From: a virus
Virus record (IMG/VR): IMGVR_UViG_3300025502_000011
Length of the DNA stretch: 64,000 bases
Reading direction: 5' to 3' (one strand)
The position numbers and the translations under genes were made by a program. The notes beneath the pieces are model-generated. The model saw only the letters and a program-made list of their open reading frames with translations. It was not told where the DNA came from and searched no databases. Position 1 is the first letter of the stretch; every line of letters begins with the position of its first letter. Below are positions 9,923-16,945 of this stretch, one piece after another.

Positions 9923-10020
9923 ACACATAACAACGTGTATAATAAAGTTTGCTATCAAGTTCAGTGGTAATTTAAAAGTTCATCTAAGCAAACCTTCTCA
10001 TACACCCATTCGTTACCCAC
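9923..10020. mobile_element. attC-like site A
   Basis: ACATAAC...GTGTAT..AGTTTGCT / AGCAAACC..ATACAC...GTTACCC imperfect palindrome. Confidence 0.85.
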
Positions 10021-10041
10021 AATGTAAAAAGCCGCCAAGCT

Positions 10042-10560
10042 TTACGGCTGTATGTTTAGCAACTCTTTTTCTCTTTTTCTAATACTTCTATAATCTATAA
10101 AGTTATGTGTTCCTTTATTCGCTTTTTCGCCAAATATTATAATACTCATTCCCATCCATAAACCTCGTGGTTCATCATTAAAATTTACTTCACCGTTTAT
10201 AAAACGTATTTCTGCATCAATCATAGTTTCTGCCCACCATTTTGTATTACTTCTTACTGGTATTAAGCAAACTTTTGTGCCACCATTTATTAACGCTTCG
10301 TTATGTGCTTTTTTAACCCATTTACTTAAATTTCTATCAAATGGAGGGTTCATCCAACAATTACCAATCCAATCTTTATTTAAAGAATTATCTTCTTTAG
10401 TCCAGTATTTTGGTAATTTATGATTTAATGAACTTGCACAAACATCAGTAGTTATTGCAAACTCTTTTATTAAAGGTTGTACAATCGTTTTAGGTGTACT
10501 ATACTCAATGCTTTTACTCTCAAAAGAGTTGTTTTTATTTCCAATTTTATCTATTCCCAT
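10042..10560 (-). CDS. Cassette-borne phage N6-adenine methyltransferase (Dam-phage family)
   Basis: YSTP, DVCAS, W.GNCWMNPPF, LIPVRSNTKWW motifs. Confidence 0.85.
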   Translation of the reverse strand: MGIDKIGNKNNSFESKSIEYSTPKTIVQPLIKEFAITTDVCASSLNHKLPKYWTKEDNSLNKDWIGNCWMNPPFDRNLSKWVKKAHNEALINGGTKVCLIPVRSNTKWWAETMIDAEIRFINGEVNFNDEPRGLWMGMSIIIFGEKANKGTHNFIDYRSIRKREKELLNIQP

Positions 10561-10605
10561 TCTGTATGTATTTGCCCTCGTACCTCACGCACGGCTTTTT
10601 AAAAA

Positions 10606-10739
10606 GTGGGTAACACCGTATAAAAAACATTGCTAAATTGTGCAATATCAAAGGTCTGTTAATATTAATTTACTTTATTTCTAATCGTTAATTCTGTGCT
10701 TTCTAAACGCAACATTTCTTATACATGTACGTTAGCAGA
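10606..10739. mobile_element. attC-like site B
   Basis: GTGGGTAAC-ACC-GTATAAA ... TTATAC-ATGTAC-GTTAGCA. Confidence 0.85.
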
Positions 10740-10746
10740 AATAAAA

Positions 10747-10953
10747 TTATCCAGCCACCACACCATCAATAACCTTTCGTAGTTCAACATTTATTTCATC
10801 TCGCAAGTCCAACAATTCATCCATTGTTAAGTAACTTAAACTATCTTCATTCAGCCATAGTTCAAATGACCTTCTACCAGTTGAATGATAGATACGAATT
10901 GTTTCAATCTTCGTTTTCAGTGTTTCCGTTTGTCCCCCGTCTTTGATTTTCAT
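10747..10953 (-). CDS. Cassette-borne hypothetical protein
   Basis: 68-aa ORF filling the interval between sites B and C. Confidence 0.65.
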   Translation of the reverse strand: MKIKDGGQTETLKTKIETIRIYHSTGRRSFELWLNEDSLSYLTMDELLDLRDEINVELRKVIDGVVAG

Positions 10954-11016
10954 TTTTGTTTCAATTTATATTTACGAGCATCCCACGCTCAAAAGGGATA
11001 ATTTTACATCTGCTAA

Positions 11017-11071
11017 TGCTAACAACGTATAAAGTGCATTAAAACGCCACTTATACTAAGCATTAGCAAAC
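11017..11071. mobile_element. attC-like site C (right core ATT instead of GTT)
   Basis: TGCTAAC-AAC-GTATAAAGTG...CACTTATAC-TAAGC-ATTAGCA. Confidence 0.85.
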
Positions 11072-11263
11072 ATTAAAATCCACCTCTCTACCTTCTCCGC
11101 AAATATGGTAAAAGTCTTCTTTGTGGGCTTGCTCTCCTTTTTTCCAAACCCTTATATAAACATTTCTCGTAATTTTATTTCTCCTTGCTTTTATACCGTT
11201 TAGCTCTCCGTACTCAAACGGTTTGCTAACAAAGTATAAATAACATTGCTTAATTAGGTTCAT
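11063..11263 (-). CDS. Cassette-borne hypothetical protein whose start codon lies inside site D
   Basis: MNLIKQCYLYFVS N-terminus is encoded by site D; the stop codon overlaps the core of site C. Confidence 0.65.
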   Translation of the reverse strand: MNLIKQCYLYFVSKPFEYGELNGIKARRNKITRNVYIRVWKKGEQAHKEDFYHICGEGREVDFNVC

Positions 11264-11319
11264 AGTTTTAAATTTAGTGCTGCAAGTCGCAACGTTTCTT
11301 ATACTAGTCATTAGCACCA
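11221..11319. mobile_element. attC-like site D (right core ATT)
   Basis: TGCTAAC-AAA-GTATAAA...TTATAC-TAGTC-ATTAGCA; closely related to sites B and H. Confidence 0.85.
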
Positions 11320-11322
11320 ATA

Positions 11323-11898
11323 CTACGAAAGTACTTCGATTGAAAGTATTTTAATTTTAGTTTCATCGAATATCAATAAATTTAATTCTTTTGTTTCGAT
11401 GATATATGTTCCGTCATAACCATTAAGTTTCAACCAATCATATACCCAAGTTTGCTCAATTGATGAATAATCACCATCCAATAAATTATTATACTTTCTA
11501 TCAATGTCATCATCAGGAAATTTATCCTCGATATATTCTAAAAGATTTTTACCAATTACATAATATTCTACGCCAATTTTATCATTTACTTTACTTTTTT
11601 CATAATACATTAATAAATCATAGGTTGATGGTAACTTTCTAAAATCTATAATATTATTAGTTAAAACTTGAATTTTGTAAATATGTGGTGAATAATTACC
11701 AGCATAGTATTTAGCAAATTCAATATTTGATGTTAAAAATATTGGTGATTTGTAATTTATATCAAATAAAGTTCCGTTTTTTATCTTGAATTTATCGAAT
11801 TTTTCTTTAGAACCGTGATACCAAGTATTATCATTTACTATAAGTTGCTCATTAAGATATTCTCTAATCGTTGTCACTATAAACTTTCTCAATTCCAT
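11323..11898 (-). CDS. Cassette-borne protein with an ADP-ribosyltransferase-like fold and head-targeting leader
   Basis: WYHGS..F..F and IFLTSN..FAKYYAG ART-like motifs; leader MELRKFIVTTIREYLNE. Confidence 0.55.
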   Translation of the reverse strand: MELRKFIVTTIREYLNEQLIVNDNTWYHGSKEKFDKFKIKNGTLFDINYKSPIFLTSNIEFAKYYAGNYSPHIYKIQVLTNNIIDFRKLPSTYDLLMYYEKSKVNDKIGVEYYVIGKNLLEYIEDKFPDDDIDRKYNNLLDGDYSSIEQTWVYDWLKLNGYDGTYIIETKELNLLIFDETKIKILSIEVLS

Positions 11899-11949
11899 TC
11901 TTTTATATATAGATATTCCAAAATTAAATTTCTGACAAACAAACCGTAC

Positions 11950-12019
11950 TGGTGCTAACGCTATGTATATTCCAGTTTTGTGAAAAACAAAACCGATAAC
12001 ATACATTTAACGTTATGCT
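11950..12019. mobile_element. attC-like site E
   Basis: 11956-12012 is identical over 57 bp to 12683-12739 in site F. Confidence 0.88.
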
Positions 12020-12101
12020 CCATGCCTTAGTTCAGTTCTTCAATTTAACATTTGTGATAAAAAACAAAAAGAATTTTGCCAACGCACCTTATTTTTCAAG
12101 A

Positions 12102-12620
12102 CTATCTCTGTTTATTAATTTCTTTCATCACTTCACTATAATTCATATTAGGTTCGACATCGTAATAATTAATTACATCCTTAAAAACATCTTCACCATC
12201 AAATCCATCTCCAAGTATAAAATTTGAACTTTTAAACACTACAAGTTCTTGTTGTAGACTATCTTTATGATGCCAAGAAATATCTTCAATTTCTTCAATA
12301 GCCTTATTGAACGATTTTTCATCATCAAATCCATATCCTGATAAACCCCATTCGGGTTCACTATTCCACATACCATTTGTAACATCTTTTCTTGGTGGAT
12401 ATGGTACATATTTACCGTCCCCAACTCTCTCGTTGTAATCATCCATAGCATCTTTCTCCGTTTCAAACCATGCTTGCATATTTCCACTAAAATTACGTCT
12501 AGTATCATCATCTGCATCGCTTGTCCATCTTAGAAAATATTTGGAATTATTAAGATTTTCATTTACAAATTCCTTAAAGTTCTTAACTTTATCAATCATT
12601 TTTCTCACATCTTCGCTCAT
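12102..12620 (-). CDS. Cassette-borne hypothetical protein with a putative head-targeting leader
   Basis: MSEDVRKMIDKVKNFKEFVNEN; likely start at 12620. Confidence 0.7.
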   Translation of the reverse strand: MSEDVRKMIDKVKNFKEFVNENLNNSKYFLRWTSDADDDTRRNFSGNMQAWFETEKDAMDDYNERVGDGKYVPYPPRKDVTNGMWNSEPEWGLSGYGFDDEKSFNKAIEEIEDISWHHKDSLQQELVVFKSSNFILGDGFDGEDVFKDVINYYDVEPNMNYSEVMKEINKQR

Positions 12621-12678
12621 AGTATCTTTATATAAAAATAGTTTCAAATAAACATCATCCTTTAATAATTCAACACGT

Positions 12679-12748
12679 AGCATAACGCTATGTATATTCC
12701 AGTTTTGTGAAAAACAAAACCGATAACATACATTTAACGCTGTGTGTA
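12679..12748. mobile_element. attC-like site F
   Basis: 57-bp identity to site E; right core GCTGTGT. Confidence 0.88.
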
Positions 12749-12751
12749 ATG

Positions 12752-12934
12752 CTACACTTTTGTACGTCTTGGCGGTGGCTTAGATTTTTTGGTTCTGATT
12801 TCTTGGAAGTCACACTCTTTGTCGTAAAATTTACTACAACATCTTGCGCCTATTCCAAACAATGAGCGTTTAATATTTTCATTGGTACACCAAGCACCTT
12901 TGTTATTATATTTACAATTTATCTTTCTTTCCAT
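12752..12934 (-). CDS. Cassette-borne small Cys-rich protein
   Basis: 60-aa ORF between sites F and G. Confidence 0.6.
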   Translation of the reverse strand: MERKINCKYNNKGAWCTNENIKRSLFGIGARCCSKFYDKECDFQEIRTKKSKPPPRRTKV

Positions 12935-12963
12935 TTCAATATTATTTAATTAATAATCCGCAC

Positions 12964-13030
12964 TACACACAGCACTTTGTATAGTGCATAGTTCGTTCCT
13001 CACAACGCCACCATACAAGGGGCGTTGCCA
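12964..13030. mobile_element. attC-like site G
   Basis: ACACAGC-ACTTTGTAT...ATACAAGGGGC-GTTGCCA. Confidence 0.8.
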
Positions 13031-13245
13031 TTAGAGTTTAACCAAACATAAGCTGTCGGGTCATACTTTTTTGGCTTTCCTAAATATTGGCTTTTATCGC
13101 AAACCTTACACTCTCGTCTAAATCCTTGTTCGTATATCTGTTTACATTTTTTATCTTTAAATCTAGTCCATTTGCTTATCTCCCAAAAGTGTAAGGAAAA
13201 ACGGCAACTAACATTGTATAAAAAACATTGCTTAATTCTATTCAT
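13000..13245 (-). CDS. Cassette-borne hypothetical protein starting inside site H
   Basis: MNRIKQCFLYNVS N-terminus is encoded by site H; CKVC motif. Confidence 0.65.
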   Translation of the reverse strand: MNRIKQCFLYNVSCRFSLHFWEISKWTRFKDKKCKQIYEQGFRRECKVCDKSQYLGKPKKYDPTAYVWLNSNGNAPCMVAL

Positions 13246-13268
13246 AATTTTAAATTTAGTGCTGCAAG
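13203..13268. mobile_element. Truncated attC-like site H (array boundary)
   Basis: Matches site D through ...TTAGTGCTGCAAG, then similarity stops abruptly. Confidence 0.8.
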
Positions 13269-13300
13269 AACAGGTCTTTGAACTTGGGTCAAATCGTCCA

Positions 13301-13990
13301 TTAAAAAACTCTCTGTGTTAGTCTCTCAAATCCGTCCTTCCATGTTTCGTGTTTATCAAATCTTTCACCACAACCAGTGGTTCCACCTTTCCAGCTTCCT
13401 CTTCTCTTTCCTACTTCTGAAGAGAATTCAACGTCAATTGTACGACTCACTTGGCTGAACATAGTTGTTCGTTTGAACCATCTCATTCTCCATTCTCTCT
13501 CCGAGATGGATATATCGGCATTAACCACGTTCAGTTCTCCATTTGGAGTGTGCTTATCAACATACGGCATATTAGTTCTCCACATTTTCTCTTTCCATTC
13601 GTCTTTATAAAAGTCTTGTTTGTCGCCTTTTATTGAATGAACCCATGTTCCATCCTTCAGTTTAATGCTGTGGCGAACGTGGTCGAGATTCCAGGGCATA
13701 TTAATGTATTTAGATTTCTTTCCGTAACGAATAACAAAGCTCTGACTCTGCCAACCATCCTGATACCAATAACAGCCGTACTGTTCTGAGTCGCCGTAAT
13801 CCTTTCTCTTGTGTGACCAGGGCATACTCCAAAACAGGCTCCAGAATAGGAATGCTATATGGATTTGGGGTCTCTCATCATCAGAATACCCGTGGCACTC
13901 GTAAGTTAAGTGAAAAGCAACTGGTTTTCCCCAGCTGTATCTATAAAATGATATATTATCGTTTTCAAACTTCTTTGTGGGGTTTCGCAT
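13301..13990 (-). CDS. Phage hypothetical protein
   Basis: 229-aa ORF. Confidence 0.7.
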   Translation of the reverse strand: MRNPTKKFENDNISFYRYSWGKPVAFHLTYECHGYSDDERPQIHIAFLFWSLFWSMPWSHKRKDYGDSEQYGCYWYQDGWQSQSFVIRYGKKSKYINMPWNLDHVRHSIKLKDGTWVHSIKGDKQDFYKDEWKEKMWRTNMPYVDKHTPNGELNVVNADISISEREWRMRWFKRTTMFSQVSRTIDVEFSSEVGKRRGSWKGGTTGCGERFDKHETWKDGFERLTQRVF

Positions 13991-14062
13991 TCTACAAATG
14001 TAATCAATTTTACAAATATAAAAACTGTTCGAAGGGCGGCCTTTTTCTATCTGTAATTCAAG

Positions 14063-14134
14063 AGGGGCGTAGGGGGTTCGAACCCCTGACGTACAGGGTT
14101 AAAGCCTGATGTTCTACCTCTGAACTAACGCCCC
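14063..14134 (-). tRNA. tRNA with anticodon UUA (ochre suppressor)
   Basis: GGGGCGT-TA-GTTC AGAGGTA GAAC-A-TCAGG CTTTAAC CCTGT-ACGTC-AGGGG TTCGAAC CCCCT-ACGCCCC-T; canonical cloverleaf with a 7-nt anticodon loop. Confidence 0.88.
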
Positions 14135-14328
14135 TTGTGGTAATGTGCTATCCGATACAGCCAGTCTCCACAATACGGTGAAGATAGAATATCTTTCTTA
14201 GCCTGCATAACTCTTCGTAACGAGGAATATGGACCAGAGTATTTGGTCCAAGCCACCCTGGGGCGATGCTTAGCTGTATAGTTTGAAGTCCATTCTATAC
14301 AATATCTCGTGTTATCTACAGTAGCCAT
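14125..14328 (-). CDS. Hypothetical protein
   Basis: 67-aa ORF overlapping the 5' end of the tRNA. Confidence 0.45.
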   Translation of the reverse strand: MATVDNTRYCIEWTSNYTAKHRPRVAWTKYSGPYSSLRRVMQAKKDILSSPYCGDWLYRIAHYHKGR

Positions 14329-14347
14329 AGCATTAAAATAGTGGTTA

Positions 14348-15106
14348 CTAACTAGGTTTTGAAGTTATCAACCATTCTTTTAATGTCATGAATTCTTTCA
14401 CCTTACCTGGGACAGAATTTTCTAGTTTGGCTAACTTTATGTTGATTTTATCTTTGTTTTTTCTATCATAGATGTAGTCTATTATGCCTGGATTCTCTTT
14501 AAAGTACCATATCGCATATTCTAGTGTTCTCTCTATTTCTTCATCAATGGTTTTTGATTCATCAATATGCGTCAATACAATGGTTGGAAAATAAGAGCAG
14601 CATGGAATGGCGTCATTGCAGTTTGTTGACATATGTATACCATACTTTGATTTCTCTGGACTTTCTAACTCGAATATTTCCACGGACAAAGATTCTCCGA
14701 TACTGTACAAGGATTTCATCCACGAAGGATTTCTTTCTGGATTAAACTCTGTGTCTTTTACAATGTAAGTCTGTTTTGATATTTTGCTTGCCATTTCTTG
14801 CGCTGATTCTTCTTTAGCATTTAATTGGTCTATTTTTTTAAACACATCTCCATACTCAGAGAAGATTAAATCTGTTTTTTCACAAAACTCATCTATTATA
14901 TCAAAGAAGTTTGATGCCATTGGGCTCATGTAGTACATCAGTACAAAGTTGTAAGACATTCTGTCTCCATTCCAGTATTGGACTTCAAAACTAATTTCAC
15001 CACCCAACTCGGTGCCAAAATTAATATCCACACACTCAAACTTGTCATTATAATCCATTACTTTTTTAAACCAATCCATTATTTTTTTTGTTTTTAATCC
15101 TCGCAA
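14348..15106 (-). CDS. Hypothetical protein
   Basis: 252-aa ORF. Confidence 0.7.
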   Translation of the reverse strand: MRGLKTKKIMDWFKKVMDYNDKFECVDINFGTELGGEISFEVQYWNGDRMSYNFVLMYYMSPMASNFFDIIDEFCEKTDLIFSEYGDVFKKIDQLNAKEESAQEMASKISKQTYIVKDTEFNPERNPSWMKSLYSIGESLSVEIFELESPEKSKYGIHMSTNCNDAIPCCSYFPTIVLTHIDESKTIDEEIERTLEYAIWYFKENPGIIDYIYDRKNKDKINIKLAKLENSVPGKVKEFMTLKEWLITSKPS

Positions 15107-15510
15107 GGCAAGTGACCATATTTATGAAAATACTTTAATGGACGTTTCAATTTTCCATTAATCCAAAAACCCCATTTTCGTCGTGGCTTAAACGCTAATA
15201 CAAATGTCCAGCAAGACACATCTTTAGGAAGCACTACATTATGTATATGTTCTGCTTTTCTAAAGCGAATGCTTCCTTGTCTTAACTTATCGATTCCATT
15301 TGGGCTTATGTCTAAATAGCCTCCTTTCAGTATGAAAGTGATAAAATCCCAAGCATGGTCATGCTGGTGCGCGATTGGTTCACTTCTTATGAAGTTGTGA
15401 ACTCGGAACGAAAATAAGTAGAAATTGAACACCCATCTGTAAGCATACGGGCAACTTTTTTCACCTAAAGCTTCGTTCCATCTGAACTGAATTGGTCTGA
15501 ACTTTTTCAT
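15094..15510 (-). CDS. Cupin-like protein
   Basis: HQHDHAW.F...ILKGGY and H.HNV motifs. Confidence 0.7.
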   Translation of the reverse strand: MKKFRPIQFRWNEALGEKSCPYAYRWVFNFYLFSFRVHNFIRSEPIAHQHDHAWDFITFILKGGYLDISPNGIDKLRQGSIRFRKAEHIHNVVLPKDVSCWTFVLAFKPRRKWGFWINGKLKRPLKYFHKYGHLPCED

Positions 15511-16019
15511 TTCTTGATTCGGATTATAGCTGAGGGTACAGTTTTGTAATCCTCAACAAATGAATAATCTGGGACCATTGTCACGGAGTAGTTCTTATCT
15601 TGAAGCCACTCACGGAATTCTTTGTGCAGTTAAGTCTCTCCAACCATCCAAAAAGGAGATGTTAAGCTTGAGATTGTTCCGCCTGGTGCAAGTTGGTCAT
15701 ACATGTGCATGATGTGTTTGCAATCGACATTGTCTCGAAAGTTAGGACAGGCAATGACGTAATCATATGGTGTCTGGGCTTCGAATCGGAAGAAGTCTGA
15801 GCCAACCAACTCATATTCTTTTTCTTTCAGTGTGACTCGGCATTCTTGATTAAGTTCTACACAGTCAATTTTACACTGTTGGAATTTTTCTTGAACCCCG
15901 TCCGCCAATACTCCTGTGCCTGCAGATGGTTCTAGTATTCTCGCTCCAGGCTTCGGGTTTAATCTCTCACATAAAGCATCAATCACCACTTGGGGTGTAA
16001 TTCTGTTTGTCTCTACCAT
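15507..16019 (-). CDS. SAM-dependent methyltransferase with an internal in-frame TAA (15630-15632)
   Basis: ILEPSAGTG, VELN, ACPNF; past the TAA the frame continues LHKEFREWL...VPDYSFVED..TVPSAIIRIKK to a TGA overlapping the next ATG. Confidence 0.8.
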
Positions 16020-16041
16020 AGCTTTCGTTTTTTTTATTGTT

Positions 16042-16132
16042 TGGTGAACGGAATAGGAATCGAACCTACAACTTTTCTTATGGCCGCTAAGCCATCTAGT
16101 TTTGCGCCTTCCATCCTTTTAAGTACTCGTTC
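16042..16132 (-). tRNA. Degenerate tRNA-like gene with encoded CCA
   Basis: T-arm GTAGG TTCGATT CCTAT, acceptor GAACGAG/TCCGTTC, ACCA end; no canonical anticodon arm could be resolved. Confidence 0.4.
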
Positions 16133-16173
16133 GAACATTTCCTTAAAAATCTTGGTGCAATCCGCCCATGTTG

Positions 16174-16225
16174 TGGCGTGGGGAGAAACGAATCTCACGC
16201 GAATCTTCTTTCAGATTCTCACGCC
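16174..16225 (-). ncRNA. Mini tRNA-like RNA, family B copy 1
   Basis: GGCGTG-AGAATCT gaaaga AGATTCGC-GTGAGA TTCGTT TCTCCC-CACGCC-A. Confidence 0.65.
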
Positions 16226-16285
16226 ATGTGGGGGAAGTTGTTTATGAGAACAGCGCCTCCCCAAGCATCTCACTGCTCATTATAA

Positions 16286-16452
16286 TGGTCCCGCGAGAGG
16301 GTTCTGCCCCCCATCATTTCTTCAACATCAACTACTAACTCACTCTTGTGGCCACGCAAGTGAGTTTTTGTGTTTGCATCCCGAACTGAGTCCTTTCGGT
16401 TCGTCTTCCACATTATCAGTGTGGTGCTTTAACATATCTAAGCTATCGCAGG
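16286..16452 (-). tRNA. tRNA-Ile(GAU) with a ~90-nt insertion in the variable region
   Basis: CCTGCGA/TCGCGGG acceptor plus ACCA, intact CCACA CTGATAA TGTGG arm, non-canonical T-loop (GCAGAA). Confidence 0.65.
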
Positions 16453-16458
16453 AAATTG

Positions 16459-16601
16459 TCCTGGAGGAAGGGCTCGAACCCCCGACCCCCACCGTTCGAT
16501 TCCAATTCTCTACTTCACAACCCTTGTGGCCACGCAGGTTGCGTTTCAATCCTTTTCCTCATTTATCAGGGTGGTGCTCTAACCAACTGAGCTACTCCAG
16601 G
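16459..16601 (-). tRNA. tRNA-Ile(GAU) with a 69-nt insertion at position 37/38
   Basis: CCTGGAG/CTCCAGG acceptor and canonical D and T arms; removing 16495-16563 restores CCACC CTGATAC GGTGG. Confidence 0.8.
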
Positions 16602-16605
16602 AAGT

Positions 16606-16650
16606 GCCGCTAACAGGAATCTCACCTATTCTAGTGCTAATGCAAGCGGC
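16606..16650 (-). ncRNA. Mini tRNA-like RNA, family A copy 1
   Basis: GCCGCT-TGCATTAGCACTAG-AATAGG TGAGATT CCTGTT-AGCGGC. Confidence 0.75.
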
Positions 16651-16651
16651 G

Positions 16652-16731
16652 TGGTGGTGAGGGAAGGACTTGAACCTTCGACCTCCAGGGTTTTAAAGCC
16701 TGGTGCTCTGAACCAACTGAGCTACCTCACC
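16652..16731 (-). tRNA. tRNA with a 9-nt anticodon loop (CUUUAAAAC)
   Basis: GGTGAGG/CCTCACC-A-CCA; CCAGG CTTTAAAAC CCTGG; canonical D and T arms. Confidence 0.8.
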
Positions 16732-16735
16732 AAGA

Positions 16736-16780
16736 GGCCCCAGGAAGACTTTCTCTTCCTCTAGTGCTAATGCAGGGGCC
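16736..16780 (-). ncRNA. Mini tRNA-like RNA, family A copy 2
   Basis: GGCCCC-TGCATTAGCACTAG-AGGAAG AGAAAGT CTTCCT-GGGGCC. Confidence 0.75.
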
Positions 16781-16781
16781 G

Positions 16782-16835
16782 TGGTGGCGTGGGAAGAAAC
16801 GAATCTCCCGCGAATCCCTAATGGACTCTCACGCC
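16782..16835 (-). ncRNA. Mini tRNA-like RNA, family B copy 2 (CCA encoded)
   Basis: GGCGTG-AGAGTCC atta GGGATTCGC-GGGAGA TTCGTT TCTTCC-CACGCC-ACCA. Confidence 0.7.
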
Positions 16836-16871
16836 TTTTTTAAATTCCAACACGTCAATGAACTTTTGTTG

Positions 16872-16945
16872 TGACAGGAGAAAGATTCGAACTCTCGTCC
16901 CCAGGTTTTTAAGGCCTGGTGCTCTAACCGCTGAGCTATCCCGTC
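16872..16945 (-). tRNA. tRNA with a 9-nt anticodon loop (CCUUAAAAA)
   Basis: GACGGGA/TCCTGTC-A; CCAGG CCTTAAAAA CCTGG; T-arm GAGAG TTCGAAT CTTTC. Confidence 0.8.

Noticed and set aside
8479-13268. Integron integrase (IntI) adjacent to the cassette array
   Set aside because: No ORF with tyrosine-recombinase R-H-R-H-Y motifs is present in the window; the recombinase must lie elsewhere or in the host.
16495-16563. Group I self-splicing intron in tRNA-Ile
   Set aside because: 69 nt is far too short for the P3-P9 catalytic core, and no P7 motif was recognised.
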